Assembly: GCA_009103225.1 (NCBI GenBank)
Contig: RHPI01000977.1
Location: forward strand, 1 to 64,000
Origin: Chlorokybus atmophyticus
Lineage: Eukaryota > Plantae > Mesostigma and Chlorokybus algae
Direction of reading: 5' to 3'
Length of the DNA: 64,000 nt
The notes below the pieces were generated by a model. It was not told the origin of the DNA. It saw only the letters and a program-made list of their open reading frames with translations, and searched no databases. A program made the position numbers and the translations under genes. Positions 20,771 through 33,372 of this stretch are shown one piece after another. The first letter of the stretch is position 1, and every line of letters begins with the position of its first letter.

Positions 20771-23700
20771 TTGTCCGTGGTTGGTAGCTTAATCGAGCAG
20801 AACGACTTTACAAACTCTGTACTTCTTGATAAAGTTTCCTCTCTTTGTGATGTATCAGATGTATGGACTGATATGAGTACACCACCTGTGTTGAGAAATG
20901 CAAACGGTTGTGTTTTAATCAATGTTCCATTCTCTGAATTAGCAACTGCTGTTAAGCACTTACACGAGTTGCAATTACAGCATGCTGTCACTGCATGTGT
21001 AGTTATCCCTCGATATCATGGCCCGTGGTCGCGATTGTTAAAAGGGGGAGAAGTAATCATGCAACTCTCACGCAAAGATACAGGAGCTTCACCGTTGCAA
21101 GTGATCTTTATCAAGTCTGTTACCAATCACGGCACTCCAACATTAGCTACATTTGATGGTCACTCAGTGCCACTCAAATGGAGATTTGAGAGTCAACTTA
21201 TGGGTACACCATGTACAGCATTGATTGATACTGGTGCAAACCATAACTTTGTTGAACATGCTTGGGTGAAACGTAATAACATTCCTTTCACACCAATCAC
21301 GTCATATGTACGTGCTGCTGGTTCCACTCTCAATGCAATGGGAGAGGTAAAAGGGCGTTTTATTATTAATGGCCATAAAACCCGACCAGCCTTCATCGTG
21401 GTGGATATTGGTATCCCCGGGGTGGATGTTGTTTTAGGGGAACAATGGCACACTGAAGCAGGTTCACAATTAGACTCTCGAGCCAACACGTGCACCCTTC
21501 GTAAAGGGAAACGTAGGATGACTTTAACAGCATCTGTACTTGCACGTATACCTCGCGATAATGTTCCGTTCCTCTCTGCTATGCAATTGAAACGTTGCAT
21601 GCGTAAACGTGAGGAAGTATACTTACTGCACTTACGACAGGTGGAAACACCTGCTGAACAGGCTATCAGTGACCCTGTGGTGCAGTCACTTACGGAACAA
21701 TACGCAGATGTATTTCAGGATGAACTCCCAGAGTTGCCTCCCGATCGAAACATACATCATACCATTCCGTTAGAGGAGGGGGCAAAGCCACCTTGGCGGC
21801 CTATATACAGGCTAAGTCCCTTAGAACACGCGGAGATGGAAAAACAGCTCAAAGAGTTATTGGACAAAGGTTTAATAACAAAGAGCATATCTCCTTTTGG
21901 TGCACCAATTTTGTTTGTGCCCAAAAAGAATGGCAAGCTACGCATGTGTATTGGTACCGTGCGTTGAACAAGGTCACTGTGAAAAACATATACCCTTTGC
22001 CTCGGATTGATGATTTGTTTGATAAGCTGTCAGGTGCAACAGTGTTCAGCACGCTGGATCTAACAAGTGGTTATCATCAAATCAAAATCCACCCATCGGA
22101 TATACAAAAAAATGCATTTCGCACCCCACTAGGACACTTTGAGTATAAAGTGTTACCATTTTAGTTAACAATTGCACCGGCTACATTTCAGACAGCAATG
22201 AACGCGGTGTTTGCTGATGAATTGTACAAGTTTGTATTGGTATATCTCGACGACATTATTGAATTTAGCAAAACCCGGGAGGACCACCACAGGCATGTAG
22301 AATTGGTTCTAGCTAGGTTACGCGAACACAAATTCTATGCCAACCTGTTCAAATGCAACTTTGCAAAGGATAAAGTACCCTTTTTAGGGCATGTGATTGG
22401 TAAAGAAGGATTGAAACCAGATCCTCACAAGGTGTGTGCGGTAAAGGATTGGCCACCACCTAAGGATGTACATCAGTTACGTGCTTTCTTGGGGCTAGCC
22501 AATTATTTCCTCAAGTTCATGCGAGCATATTCTGGCATGGCAAATCCACAAATTTAACATCTTTACTAAGAAAAGATGTTAAATTTGTGTGGACGGAGGC
22601 ACACGAGGTTGCTTTTACACGCATTTAAGATGCATTAACGCAAGCCCCTGTGTAAGCCTTCCCCGACCACACCAAGCCTTTTGTGGTGATTAGTGATGCT
22701 TCCACCATTGGGTGTGGGGCAGTCCTTCTACAGGATGACAGACCATGTGCATATGAAAGCAAAAAGTTCATTCCTGCTGAACGTAATTACACAACCACTA
22801 AGCAGGAATTGCTCGGGGTGGTGCACGCGCTGCGCACATGGCGTTGCTACTTGGAAGGGGTGGAGTTTTCAATAATTACTGATCACAAACCGCTCACATT
22901 CTTTCATACGCAACAAAATCTGTCGAGGCGGCAAGCTAGGTGGAATGAATTCATTTCTCGTTTCACTTTCACTTGGCAATACCGTCCGAGTCGCACCAAT
23001 GTGGCGGATCCATTAAGTCGCAGCCCTGCTCTTTTGGCACTTACGCGCTCTCGAAGTACGCGTAATGTACAACAGCCTGAAGATCCTTTCTGAAAGGGAG
23101 TGTCCACGGGTTATAACTCAGATGATTGGTTTAGCAGTCAAACCAACTTGCAACAGCTTACTGCTGTTAGCAATCTGTGGTATAAAGGGGAGCAGTTGGC
23201 AATTCCCAACTCGGGCGACTTGCGTAAGCAATGCTTACATTCAGTGCATGACCCGCCGTATGCTGGGCATTTGGGGAAACACAAAACACTCAAATCTGCG
23301 CAACAGTTATACTGGTGGCCGTCAATGTCAGCTGACGTGGATCAATATGTTCGCACATGTGACGTGTGTCAACGTAATAAGCCACTACGACAAAAACAAG
23401 CGGGATTGCTTAAACCATTGGCAATTCCAGAATAAAAGTGAGATAGTGTCAGTATGGATTTGATTACTGACCTACCTTAAGCAGCTAAATACACTGCTAT
23501 TGTGGTTTTGTCGACCGTTTGACAAAAATGGTGCATTTTGCCCCGTGTTGCACAACTGTAAGTGCACGGGACTTGGCACACTTATTTGTGTCCACGGTCT
23601 TTCGCGTTCACGGTGTACCGCGTGAACTTGTCACAGATCGTGATCCTCGGTTTGTCTCCAAGTTTTGGCGAGAAGTCTGTGAATTGTTGGGGGTAAAACA

Positions 23701-24460
23701 AAGCATGTCGACTGCTTTCCACCCGCAAACGGACGGTCAAATTGAGCGAGCAAATCAAATATTGGAAGAAATGCTTCGCCACTATGTGGCGCCTAATCAT
23801 GCTGATTGGGACAGGTACTTGCCAATGGCAGAGTTCGATGTGAACAACGCGTGGCAGGAAAGTGTAAAGGAAACCCCATTTTTCTTGAATTATGGGATTC
23901 GCCCGAACACACCAGCGTCATTGCGTGTACCTCGCAATGCCCTGACTGTACCAGCGGCAAAGGAATTTGCCACTGATATGCAAGAAAATTTGGCTCGAGC
24001 CAAGCTGTGTCTGTCAGAAGCACAGGACAGGCAAAAAGCTTATGCTGATACACATCGAAAAATGGCCACTTTTCATGTCGGCGATAACGTTTTGCTTAAT
24101 GCAAAGAACATAACCATCAAAGGTACGGGTGCTCGCAAGTTGCTGCCCCGATGGTTGGGTCTATTCTCTATCACTGATTGAGTTGGTACGCACGCTTATC
24201 GACTGCAATTGCCCCCAAGTGTGCGTATACACAACGTGTTCCATGTAAACTCGTTGAAACCTTACCGCTCAGACGGTAGAACACAGCCTCCACCACCGCC
24301 AGTCGAGAGCTTGAATACGAGGTGGAAGCTATATTGAACCATAAGCTAATTAGTCGAGGACGCGCAACTCGCTATTTGGTGAAATGGAAAGGGTATGGCC
24401 TGGAACATAACAGTTGGGAGCCCGACAGGCATCTTACGCACTGCCGCGAGTTGCTTCGAG
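20771..24460 (+). pseudogene. Disrupted pol: protease, RT, RNase H, integrase, chromodomain
   Basis: Motifs LIDTGA, VYLDDI, SDASTIG, ADPLSR, H2C2 finger, TDRDPRF and the chromodomain YEVEAILNH...YLVKWKGY...SWEP (~24316-24460). Many stops and frameshifts. Confidence 0.93.
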
Positions 24461-24636
24461 CTTATTGGGATTCATGTCCTGTCCCATAAACTGTGGGCTT
24501 GGTTTTATGACAGACTGGCAGTGCAGTTTCATTACCACCCTGTCATTTCCTGCTATCTCACTGGTTACAATTACTCGAAATCAAGCCTGATCAACTTGAG
24601 TTCACCGAGGACGTTGAAAACCTAAGTGGGGGGGAA

Positions 24637-25172
24637 TGTAACGGGAGCAATAATAATAGGGGTATTATTGCTACCTAAATAACACATTTTGTATGAATAA
24701 AAAAAAAACAAAAAACAAATGCTTATCTATACCTCTTTTCTACGGTTCCTCGCTTATTAAAGGCTATAATGCTTTATCATAGCTTAAATAAGTCCCAATG
24801 GGTGTAGAAACCGCTTATTCAAGCCTATTGAGTGTTACATTTGATATGATGTGATCACTATCTCGTTAGGTACCTCACAATAGGTATCTTTGGATAGGTA
24901 CCTTATTGATAGGTACCTTATCTGAGCTGTGATTGGCTCACGCTAGGTTTCCTAACTACCCTATCTGTAGGGTCGATGTCCAATTGTGAGTTAATTGTTG
25001 AGAGGTACATAGTTGATATACTCTTGATATAAAAGGTCACATCAATCTGATGTGGGGACTTTTCAGTTCTCTGCTCAGTGGCGGCCACGCCGTTGAAAGG
25101 CTTGTCATAGGCGGTGTGGGTGTTGGGGTAGAGGAACAAAGGGGCATCACCGGCGACGGTGGTGCTGTTACA
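24637..25172 (+). repeat. 3' LTR
   Basis: Follows the PPT, is a direct repeat of 18075-18584, and is followed by the TSD. Confidence 0.95.
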
Positions 25173-25669
25173 CCCGCAAATGGACATTTGACCTTTTCAC
25201 GCATGCATGCTATTATGATACAGTATGCATGCTATTATGGTAATATCAAGATTGCAACAATACTTACGTTATACAAATTACCGAATAGATGCTCCAACAC
25301 TTGAGTCCCACGCATGCGCTAGCTTCTAGTGGCACAAATGCACGCGAAATCATGCAAAATGCAAGTCTGATGCATTAGCACGAGACCACTTGTCAATGAT
25401 TCACTGGAACTAGCGTACTGCACCATTTCGGTCACATGAGTGACGGGGAGGTAGCGCATGCGCGAGAAACAAGTTTTGCAGCGGCCAATTGGTATTTGGT
25501 AACGTTGAAGTGTTGTGGCAATAACGCCCATGCGAAATGACACACGCCGCGTCACAAGCCATGCTCACCATGGACGGGAGCACAAGGATGCAATTATGGC
25601 CCGCACGCAACCACCAATGACATGGCCACCCAAATCGCCTCGCCCGCCGCGATGTCACACGGAATTTTT

Positions 25670-26030
25670 TCCACGGACCAGCCCTGATCCGCACGTACGG
25701 ACCAGGGCCAAAACGCCAGGGCGGCTTGGGGCCCGGACCAGGGTCGCCCGCCTTGGTCCGAGCGCGGGGACCAAACCTGGTTCACAAATGCGGGTTTGTC
25801 ACGCTTGGTCCTCGGGCTCGAACAAGTCCTGGTCCTGGCCAAGAACCGATCAACATTGAAGCAGGACTGGTCCCGTTGGTAAAATTCGTTGTAGATGATC
25901 AATATAGGTACGGACCATGCCTAACTGCAATGTTTCATGAGTTTATAGGGACCATGTGTGAAGCGCTACCGGTCTTTCAGATTTCCCAATCGGCTACAGG
26001 CTGTAGCCTACAGCCGGACCAGCATGAGAG
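25670..26030. repeat. GGACCA/TGGTCC motif cluster; similar clusters at ~31930-32100, 32880-33150 and 34400-34710
   Basis: About 11 GGWCC sites in mixed orientation within ~360 bp (hand count). Confidence 0.75.
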
Positions 26031-27841
26031 ATTGGCCGGCGGCGGCTAAAAATGGTGTGCTTAGTTGACAGTTTAACTTTAACTATACTTTTACAACTAA
26101 CTGCGGTCAGCTGCAGCAATCACGCAGCAGCTGACCGCCGTCAGGCCGCCGCTGCTGGTGGCCTGGCAGGCGGCCTGGTGCTCCACACATAGAGCACCAG
26201 GCGACGCTGCTGGCCTGGTCATGCTGGCCTGGTTGCGACCAGGCCAGCATGACCAAGGCCAAGGGCTTGGCAGTCGCTTGCCCATAGGCATGGCCATGAA
26301 CTTCTACCAACGCCGCCGCCGCAGTTGCAAGCCTGGTCAACAGCATGCACCGGGACACAAGCACATACAATCTCCCAAGGCCCCTCATGCAGGTCTGCTG
26401 ACGCCTAAGCCACACATACACACCATCAGGCCGTGAATCACCCACCGCTAACAGCAAGCAACAATTACGCATGCACGTAAATAAGCAGTAAAATAGTAAA
26501 ATAAAGTGGGTACAGCGTTAATTTGACATGTAAACAAATAGTGCGACATGCATGTCCTGCATTTGATGTACACTACTGTAGCGTCAACCCTTTATGTATT
26601 AAGCAGCAGCTGCAAGTAGTCTTTAAGTGATGCTAGTGACACTAGCTGAATCCGTGTGATTAGCACATGCTGTTGAGCACGCATGCGCGCAATCACGCTC
26701 GTTTCTTACCAGCTGCCCCAGCCTTGTGTATCTTCACTGAGTGCTGCACCTCCTGCGTATGCGGGCTGCCAGAGACGGTAATCGCGAATGCAAGCATGTT
26801 CACTCGATGCGCATGTGTGCGTGGGACAAAGGGATATGTTGTTGCACGGTGGGCATACATATGCATGTGTTTCTATATGTGTGACTGAGCACGTGCTACA
26901 TGATATGTGCGTGGGCTCAACTGTTCGCAAGCATGTGTGCGACCTTTGAGATGAGGTTGTGCAACCAATGCGCAAAGGACGTCGTTGATGTGTGAGTGTG
27001 TATAGGCAGTGAAGTGTCGCTGTCTGCGTGTGCACGCCTGCGCAAGCGTGCAAAGGTTTGTGACTGTCATTGTGTGCTTTACTCGTGCGGTTGCCTGCAT
27101 GTGTGCGGAACTGTTGGTATGAGTATGTGCGCAAGTGCGTGTGCGGGACTGTTTACTTATGTGCAACCGTTGTTGTGAATGTATTGCATGTGTGCAACTG
27201 TGTGTATGCAACAGTTCGTATGTTTATATGCGTGTGACTATTGCGTAAACATGTGCATGTGTGCAGCTGAACGTGTGCGAGCGTTCATGCATGCGTGTGT
27301 GCAATTGTTTATATGTGCAAGTGCACATATGTTCATGTGTGCTTGGGTACATGACCTTATGCAGAACTCACATTTGCCACCATTCAACGGAGACCAGCCT
27401 TAGCTCTGCCATTAGCGCAGACTCATCAGCAGCGCCGCGAGTGGACACCAATGTCACCGCTCCTTGCTGCACCACCATCACATGGGAGTGGAGCGTGAGT
27501 TACAAACCCTTGAGCTCAACTTCCAACTCGCTTGCTTGTGAGCAGGCACATGTCTGCACATACAGGGGTACAGATGTATAGTCGAATAGAGCTGTGCGCA
27601 ATTACAAACATAAAGCACACACCAACGTGCTGCTGCAAGCACGAAGGACAAGTTAGTCGTCGTATCGTGCTCCTTGACCTGTCGTGGGAGGCACATTCTG
27701 CATGAAGGCCTGAGAGAGGGGCGGGTGCAGTCTGCATACCTGCACAAGCGCATAAGCGTGTGCATGTGCGTATGCGCGTTGCAGAAGGAGGAAAGGGGNT
27801 GGGGGGGCAGCTGCTTCAATACATAGTGTATGCCGGACTGT

Positions 27842-28625
27842 CTCATAGGCCGCACTGACCAGTGCGGCCTATGAGCCAGCCGATAGTATCTGCTCATAGG
27901 CCGCACTAACCGGTGCGGCCTATGAGCCAGCCGATAGCATCTGCCTTAAAGACCGCACTGGACAATGCAGCCTGCGAGGCAGTTGCTATTCGTCTATATC
28001 TCAATTATAACAAGTTTGGGTACGTGCGTGCATGTCTGCATGACAAAGAGCCCATGAAAGAGAGTAAGAGAGTGTACGAGAATGCATGCTTGCACGCGCA
28101 TGCCCATATGCGTGCGCGCACGCATGCGTAGGCGCGCACACATCCTCCCTCTCGCCCTTCCCCCTCTGCTCACCTCAGGTGCAGGCTGCGATTTAGCTTT
28201 GAAACCTCGTTGTAGCCCCCCCCGGTCCCAAGCGCTCTGAAGAGCAGCAGCGGCAGGCTGCCCCCACCAACGGTGACGCACTGATGCAGCATGAGATCAC
28301 CACCGCGCTGCCAACCTTGCGCCCACCCTCTAAGGCGGGCTGGGAATGTTTGTGTCGGGGACAGGTAAGTAAGCATGTACATACATGTGGAGTTGTCTAG
28401 AACCACAAATGTGCGGTCTGTGCAACCACCTCATAGGCTGCACTGGACAGTGTTGCCTATGAGGCCGCTATGGCAACCGCCTCATAGGCCGCTTTGTACA
28501 GTGCAATCTATGAGCCCCATTCAATTAGTGTATGCATGTGTGTGTCATGAAGAGAACGCGTGTACTTGAGGGCGCATGCACATATGCATATGCGCGTGCA
28601 CATGCGTATGCACGCACATATCCCT

Positions 28626-28672
<47 letters not shown>

Positions 28673-30266
28673 NAAGTCCAGCAGATGCATTCATGCGTCC
28701 ATTGCAGCGCCCCCCGCTCTCGGACCGGGCGCTTTTAGAAGAGAGCTTCTAGAAGAGAGCAACATCGGGCTCCCCACCAACAACGACGTCCCGAATCACC
28801 TGTGCAGTGACTGTTTTAGACGCGTGCACATTGCGTGTGAATGCGCACAGTCACGCCTACACACGCCTAGCACAGCCGCACGCATATATGTGTGGTAGCG
28901 CACGTGCACACCGTAAGTTGGTGTGTATACAACATACGCGCACACGCGCATGCGTAAACATGCACACGCATGCGCGCGTGCATTCAAGCATTGTGGGGTG
29001 GACCTCATGCACAAGTATACACGTGCTCACATGTAGCCACCTATGACTTTTGGAATTCATAACCTGGCATCGCTGGCTCATAGGCCGCGATGGTCAGTTC
29101 GGCCTATGAGGCAGCCTCATAGGCTGCACTAGATAGTGCGGTATATAGCCCAACGCGTGCGTGCGTGCCAAAGAGAATGCTTGTGCGGACAGTGCACATG
29201 CCTGTGTGGACAGTGCGCATGCCTGTGTGGACAGTGCCGTCTATGAGCCCAATTGTAAGCTTGTGCGTGCACATTCACACACAAGCATTGTCCCATCAAT
29301 CCACACACGCACACGCGTATGCACGCAAGCGCTGAGGTGCATGCGCTTACTCATGCGCATGCGCACACACACTCATCGCACCTTAAAAGATGGTGGAGAG
29401 TGCAGACAGCTGGGGCAAGGTAGTGCCTATATATGCAAAGCCGTGCACTACCAACTTGTTCTTTGTTCTCTTCCCAAGCGGTTGCTGACTGCCAGCTTGG
29501 GAGACAGTCCGCGTACCTACGCGTAAGCGTAAGCGCATGCACGTGTGCGCATTCACATGCACGTGTTGTATGTGTTGCAATGGTTGAGTACTTCAATTTG
29601 ACACACACACACACACACGTGCGCACGCGCACGCACATACACACTGAGCGGGACTGCAGCAACCGCCTCACAGGCTGCACTGAATAGTGCCTATGAGGCG
29701 GGCTCATAGACTGCAATGTTCATAGCAACCGCCTCATAGGCTGCACTGAACAGCCTGTGAGCCCGCCTCATATGCACTATTCAGTGCAGCCTGTGTGAGG
29801 CGGTTGCTAACAGTCTCATGGGCTGCACTGGATAGTGCCGTCTATGAGCTTATTTTCAGTTGTGTGTATGTGTGTGCATGCATTCGCGACGAAAACACAT
29901 CGATACTTGCACACGCAAATGCGCACGCACACTCCTCCTTCCCCTCCCCGTTCCCCTTACCCGTCCACTTACCTTGATGTTTAGCAGGTGCACCTAAGTG
30001 CAGCGCCCCCCGTTCCCATGCCTTACGAGAATAAGCAGCATCAGGTTTCCCCAACAGCGCCCCGGATTACCACTGCGCTGCTGCTCTTGTGCGGCGTCAA
30101 GAGCAGGCCCTCCGCGGCAACTAGCAACGCTTGTGTTGGGGACATGCGCATCTGTACGTGAAGAAATAGAGTTGCCAAGAGTCTCCGGGGGGGGGGGGNC
30201 CGTTCACATGCATAGCGTATATACAAAACTCCCTCATAGACTGAACTGTCCAATTCGGTCTATGAC
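27842..30266. repeat. Array of ~34-bp palindromes CTCATAGGCYGCACT-N4-AGTGCRGCCTATGAG in a degenerate ~600-bp periodic repeat
   Basis: Groups start at 27842, 28430, 29077, ~29666 and 30233. The first copy has perfect 15-bp arms. Confidence 0.8.
28627..28672. repeat. Poly-C run next to an N
   Basis: Homopolymer directly followed by N at 28673, so its length is unreliable. Confidence 0.8.
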
Positions 30267-31093
30267 GCAGTGGACAGCAAGCGGGTGCAACAAGTGCGTG
30301 CATGTGTGTACCGTGGACACATGACATGACATGACGTGTATGCGTGCGTTCTGAAGAGCACATGCATGCGCTTGCACATGCGCGTGCGTATGCAACCACG
30401 TATCCTCCCCCTCGCCCTTCCCTTTCCCATCTGCTCACCTGCTGTTCATCATTTGCATGGGCTCACTGCTGGCTGGTAGCATGCATCCTGCAGAAGCATC
30501 TGGCAAAGTGCAAAGGCGTTGTGAAGTCTGAGCAAACAACATTCATACCTGCTTGCAGAAGCCAGGGTTGGGTCGGGCCTAAGAATGCCGCAGCCGCATT
30601 GTAACCAATGCATCTGATCCACATTATCACGTCACTTGAAGCCAAAGCTACAACATCATCAGCTGGATTGCTGACACCAAAATGGTATCACAGGCTCACG
30701 AGCAAAAGCCAAGTGCTCCGTCCTCATCATGTACGCTAAGATCACGGAAGCACTGCAAGCGACAGTGTTACCGTACATAATGCTGGGCTTGGCAGGTGTA
30801 CATAACAAGACACACCTTTTGAAAACTCCCGCAAGGCAGTGCACGAGGCATCCGCCCTTTTCAACGCCCTGCGCAACGAAGTTGACTGCCAGCGGCTTCG
30901 GGCAGCCGCAACAGCCAATTTGCATTTGACATGTCCCAAAGCGGGATGCGCAAAAGGTGCATAGGCTCTGCATGCGGTTCACATCACAACTTCAGTCAGC
31001 TGCTTAAGTTAGAAAGCAAAAGCAGGCATGCACGCATAATCAGGCGGGCAAGTAAAGAGGTAAGCAGTAGCAAGCCAGCATGCAAGCTGACGA

Positions 31094-31161
31094 AGTACGA
31101 GCGCGCAATGCGATTGCGCGCTCGTACTAATCTAGCTGGGTTGAGTCAACCCAGCTAGATT
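31094..31161. other. Two abutting perfect 16-bp-stem hairpins
   Basis: AGTACGAGCGCGCAAT-gcg-ATTGCGCGCTCGTACT, then AATCTAGCTGGGTTGA-g-TCAACCCAGCTAGATT. Confidence 0.9.
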
Positions 31162-33300
31162 GAATGCGCGCTCATGGCCAGCGATTTATGCGCAAGCAAA
31201 AGAAGCAAGTGAAAGCACGCAATCAACCTGATCGTGCCTGCGATTTACCGTGAACAGCAGCCTTCTATACTACCGTGGCTGCTGCTGGAAACTGTGTTGT
31301 TATGCAAAAACGCAGCAGCAACAGGCGCAAATACAAACACAACCACAAATACACAAATACAAAAGAATACATAACAGTGCATCAACGGCCAGCAGCACCG
31401 GCAGCAAGAGCCGCTTCCTCCAGCACTAGCTGCTGAACCAGCTGTTGTACCAATGCTAATGCTAGAACTACAAACTGAACAGCAAGCAACAAACAGTGCA
31501 TAAAGTTTGAATGCAATGAAGCTTCAACACCACCGTAAGTAAGCACTTGGTGGGCATACCCTCAGCACCGCCGCCTCCGGCGCCGCCTCCAGCTCCAGGT
31601 GCTTGCCGCTAACATCCAAGAACGACGCAAGCAGTGCCTCAGTGCGAGCCATAGTGACTAGGGTTTCGTTAGTGGATAAGTACAGTTCATACTTACCGCT
31701 CTGCTGACGTGTATCAGATCGCAGCATACTGTCGCTGCAAAGCATCGCAGATTACACTGTACGACGCGCGGTACGTATCATGTCTGGTTCTCGGAGACCG
31801 CTAGTGTACGAACCAGGCTCTAAGTCGTACACAGCGTACAGTATTTCTCCGCTGGTTCGCAAGCTGCGGGGGGCGCGACCAGCCCAAGTCCTGCCGGTTG
31901 TACCGCGTACGGTACCAGTGCTGCACTGGTGCATAAGCCGCGGAGCACGCGACCAGCCCTGGTCCGGTCAAACGGACCAGGCTGTCCGGCTCCGGGGCCG
32001 GACCACTGGTGGTCCGGTCACGCCGGATCAGTCGCGGCACCGGTACGCTACAACGTACCAGACGTGGTCTGCGGGCTGCGTACGACTGGTCCGCGTAAAA
32101 ATCCCTGTGTGTATTCATGATAATCAGAAACAACGCAAGGCTCGCTGACAGTCAGAAAGCCAGAGGCCTTCCCTATGGCAGATTGCAGGAAATGGTCGGT
32201 CGAGATGGATGCTCGCGTCGTACGTAGGCCATGAGTAACGTGTGAGCATGGGTGAACTGGGGTGATCGACAGCCGTGGTGTCTGTAAGTTTATCGTTGAT
32301 TGTCGGCGGTGTTGGTAAGGTGAACAGCGTAAGTTAACGCCCGTTTACGAGCGGTGTTGCATCAACGATCGACTGTGTGCGTTGTTGGTTGTCGTTTGCA
32401 GTCGCCGTTGCTCACGGCAAAGTATATCACTGTCGTCGATGCGGAGGCGCCGGTGTACCCTGATATCAGCTTATGCCAACGGTGGTGGTATTCGAATTTG
32501 CAAGTGCAGATGAGGCGGGGTGTTTGCAGTGTTGGCTGGGCTGTGTGTTGTGGGCGGCGGCGTCGATGGCGGATGATGCTAGTCTAGCGTCGCTTTTGGA
32601 GGAGCAACGACAGAAGCTCGAGTTGATAGAGGCGGCGAGGAAGGGTCGCAATACAAGCCAGCGTGACTANATGACTATGCCAGGCGCCGCCGTGAGGAAG
32701 ATAAGAATTACATTCAGCAGCTGAAGGAAGAGTGTGGGCTGGTGAAGTCTCGGATGAACGCAACTGGCGTGTTTCTGCATGCATTGACATGTGGGAAGAC
32801 TTGGAGATGGCAAGGAGATAACCTTGTTTTGGTTCAGGTGCGTGTGGAGGGTGCAGCGTATCACACCGATTGACGTCAAAGGACCATAAGTGGTCCGTAC
32901 TCTCGAACCGGGATTTTCCCCTGCTAAGTGAATTCCGTGGACCATGTCTGGTTGGACTGTCATTGACAGTCCGACCATGCATGGTCCAAAACTCACGTGA
33001 ACGGTCCCATGTTTTTTTGGGGTCGCACCATGTCTGGTCCGGCCTGTTTACGGTCGCATCAGGACCAGGTACGAGCCAGTCAGCGGACCAGGGACTTACC
33101 AAAAACATTTAGTTTAACAATCATTACTGGTCCGGCCAGCGGACCATTGACCGCAATATTTATTCATAAGCATTAGATGTAATACAAATGACGGAAAAGT
33201 GCTCTATCTTGAGCCGGCAGCACCGGCCACGCCCGACCCGCGGGGCCGCAGGCTGCAGCGCAGGCCGCGGCGTCTTAGACGTGATTAGTGAAGAACGCAT

Positions 33301-33372
33301 GCATCCACCGAGAGTCGAACCCAAGACCTTTGGAATACAAACACGACACCCTAACCACTAAGTTACATGTGC
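33301..33372 (-). pseudogene. Degenerate tRNA-like sequence (Thr-TGT-like pseudogene or SINE head)
   Basis: 72 nt with an A-box-like TAACTTAGTGG, a B-box GGTTCGACTC and loop TTTGTAT. Acceptor and anticodon stems pair poorly. Confidence 0.55.

Larger units (their letters stand above)
18075..25172 (+). mobile_element. Full-length decayed Ty3/gypsy chromovirus
   Basis: Two LTRs (TGTAAC...GTTACA), TSD CCCGC at 18070-18074 and 25173-25177, iMet-like PBS TGGTATC at 18586, PPT AAGTGGGGGGGAA at 24624-24636, and gag-pol with a chromodomain. Confidence 0.97.

Noticed and set aside
26667-27906. Cys/His/Thr-rich ORFs here and at 60.9-62.8 kb
   Set aside because: They are translations of purine-pyrimidine alternating (CA/TG/GC) low-complexity DNA.
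28627-28673. G-quadruplex or poly-Pro coding significance of the poly-C run
   Set aside because: It borders an N, so it is likely a sequencing or assembly artefact in length.
27842-30266. CRISPR-like array
   Set aside because: Spacers are hundreds of bp of low-complexity sequence, the repeats are degenerate, there are no cas genes, and the context is eukaryotic.
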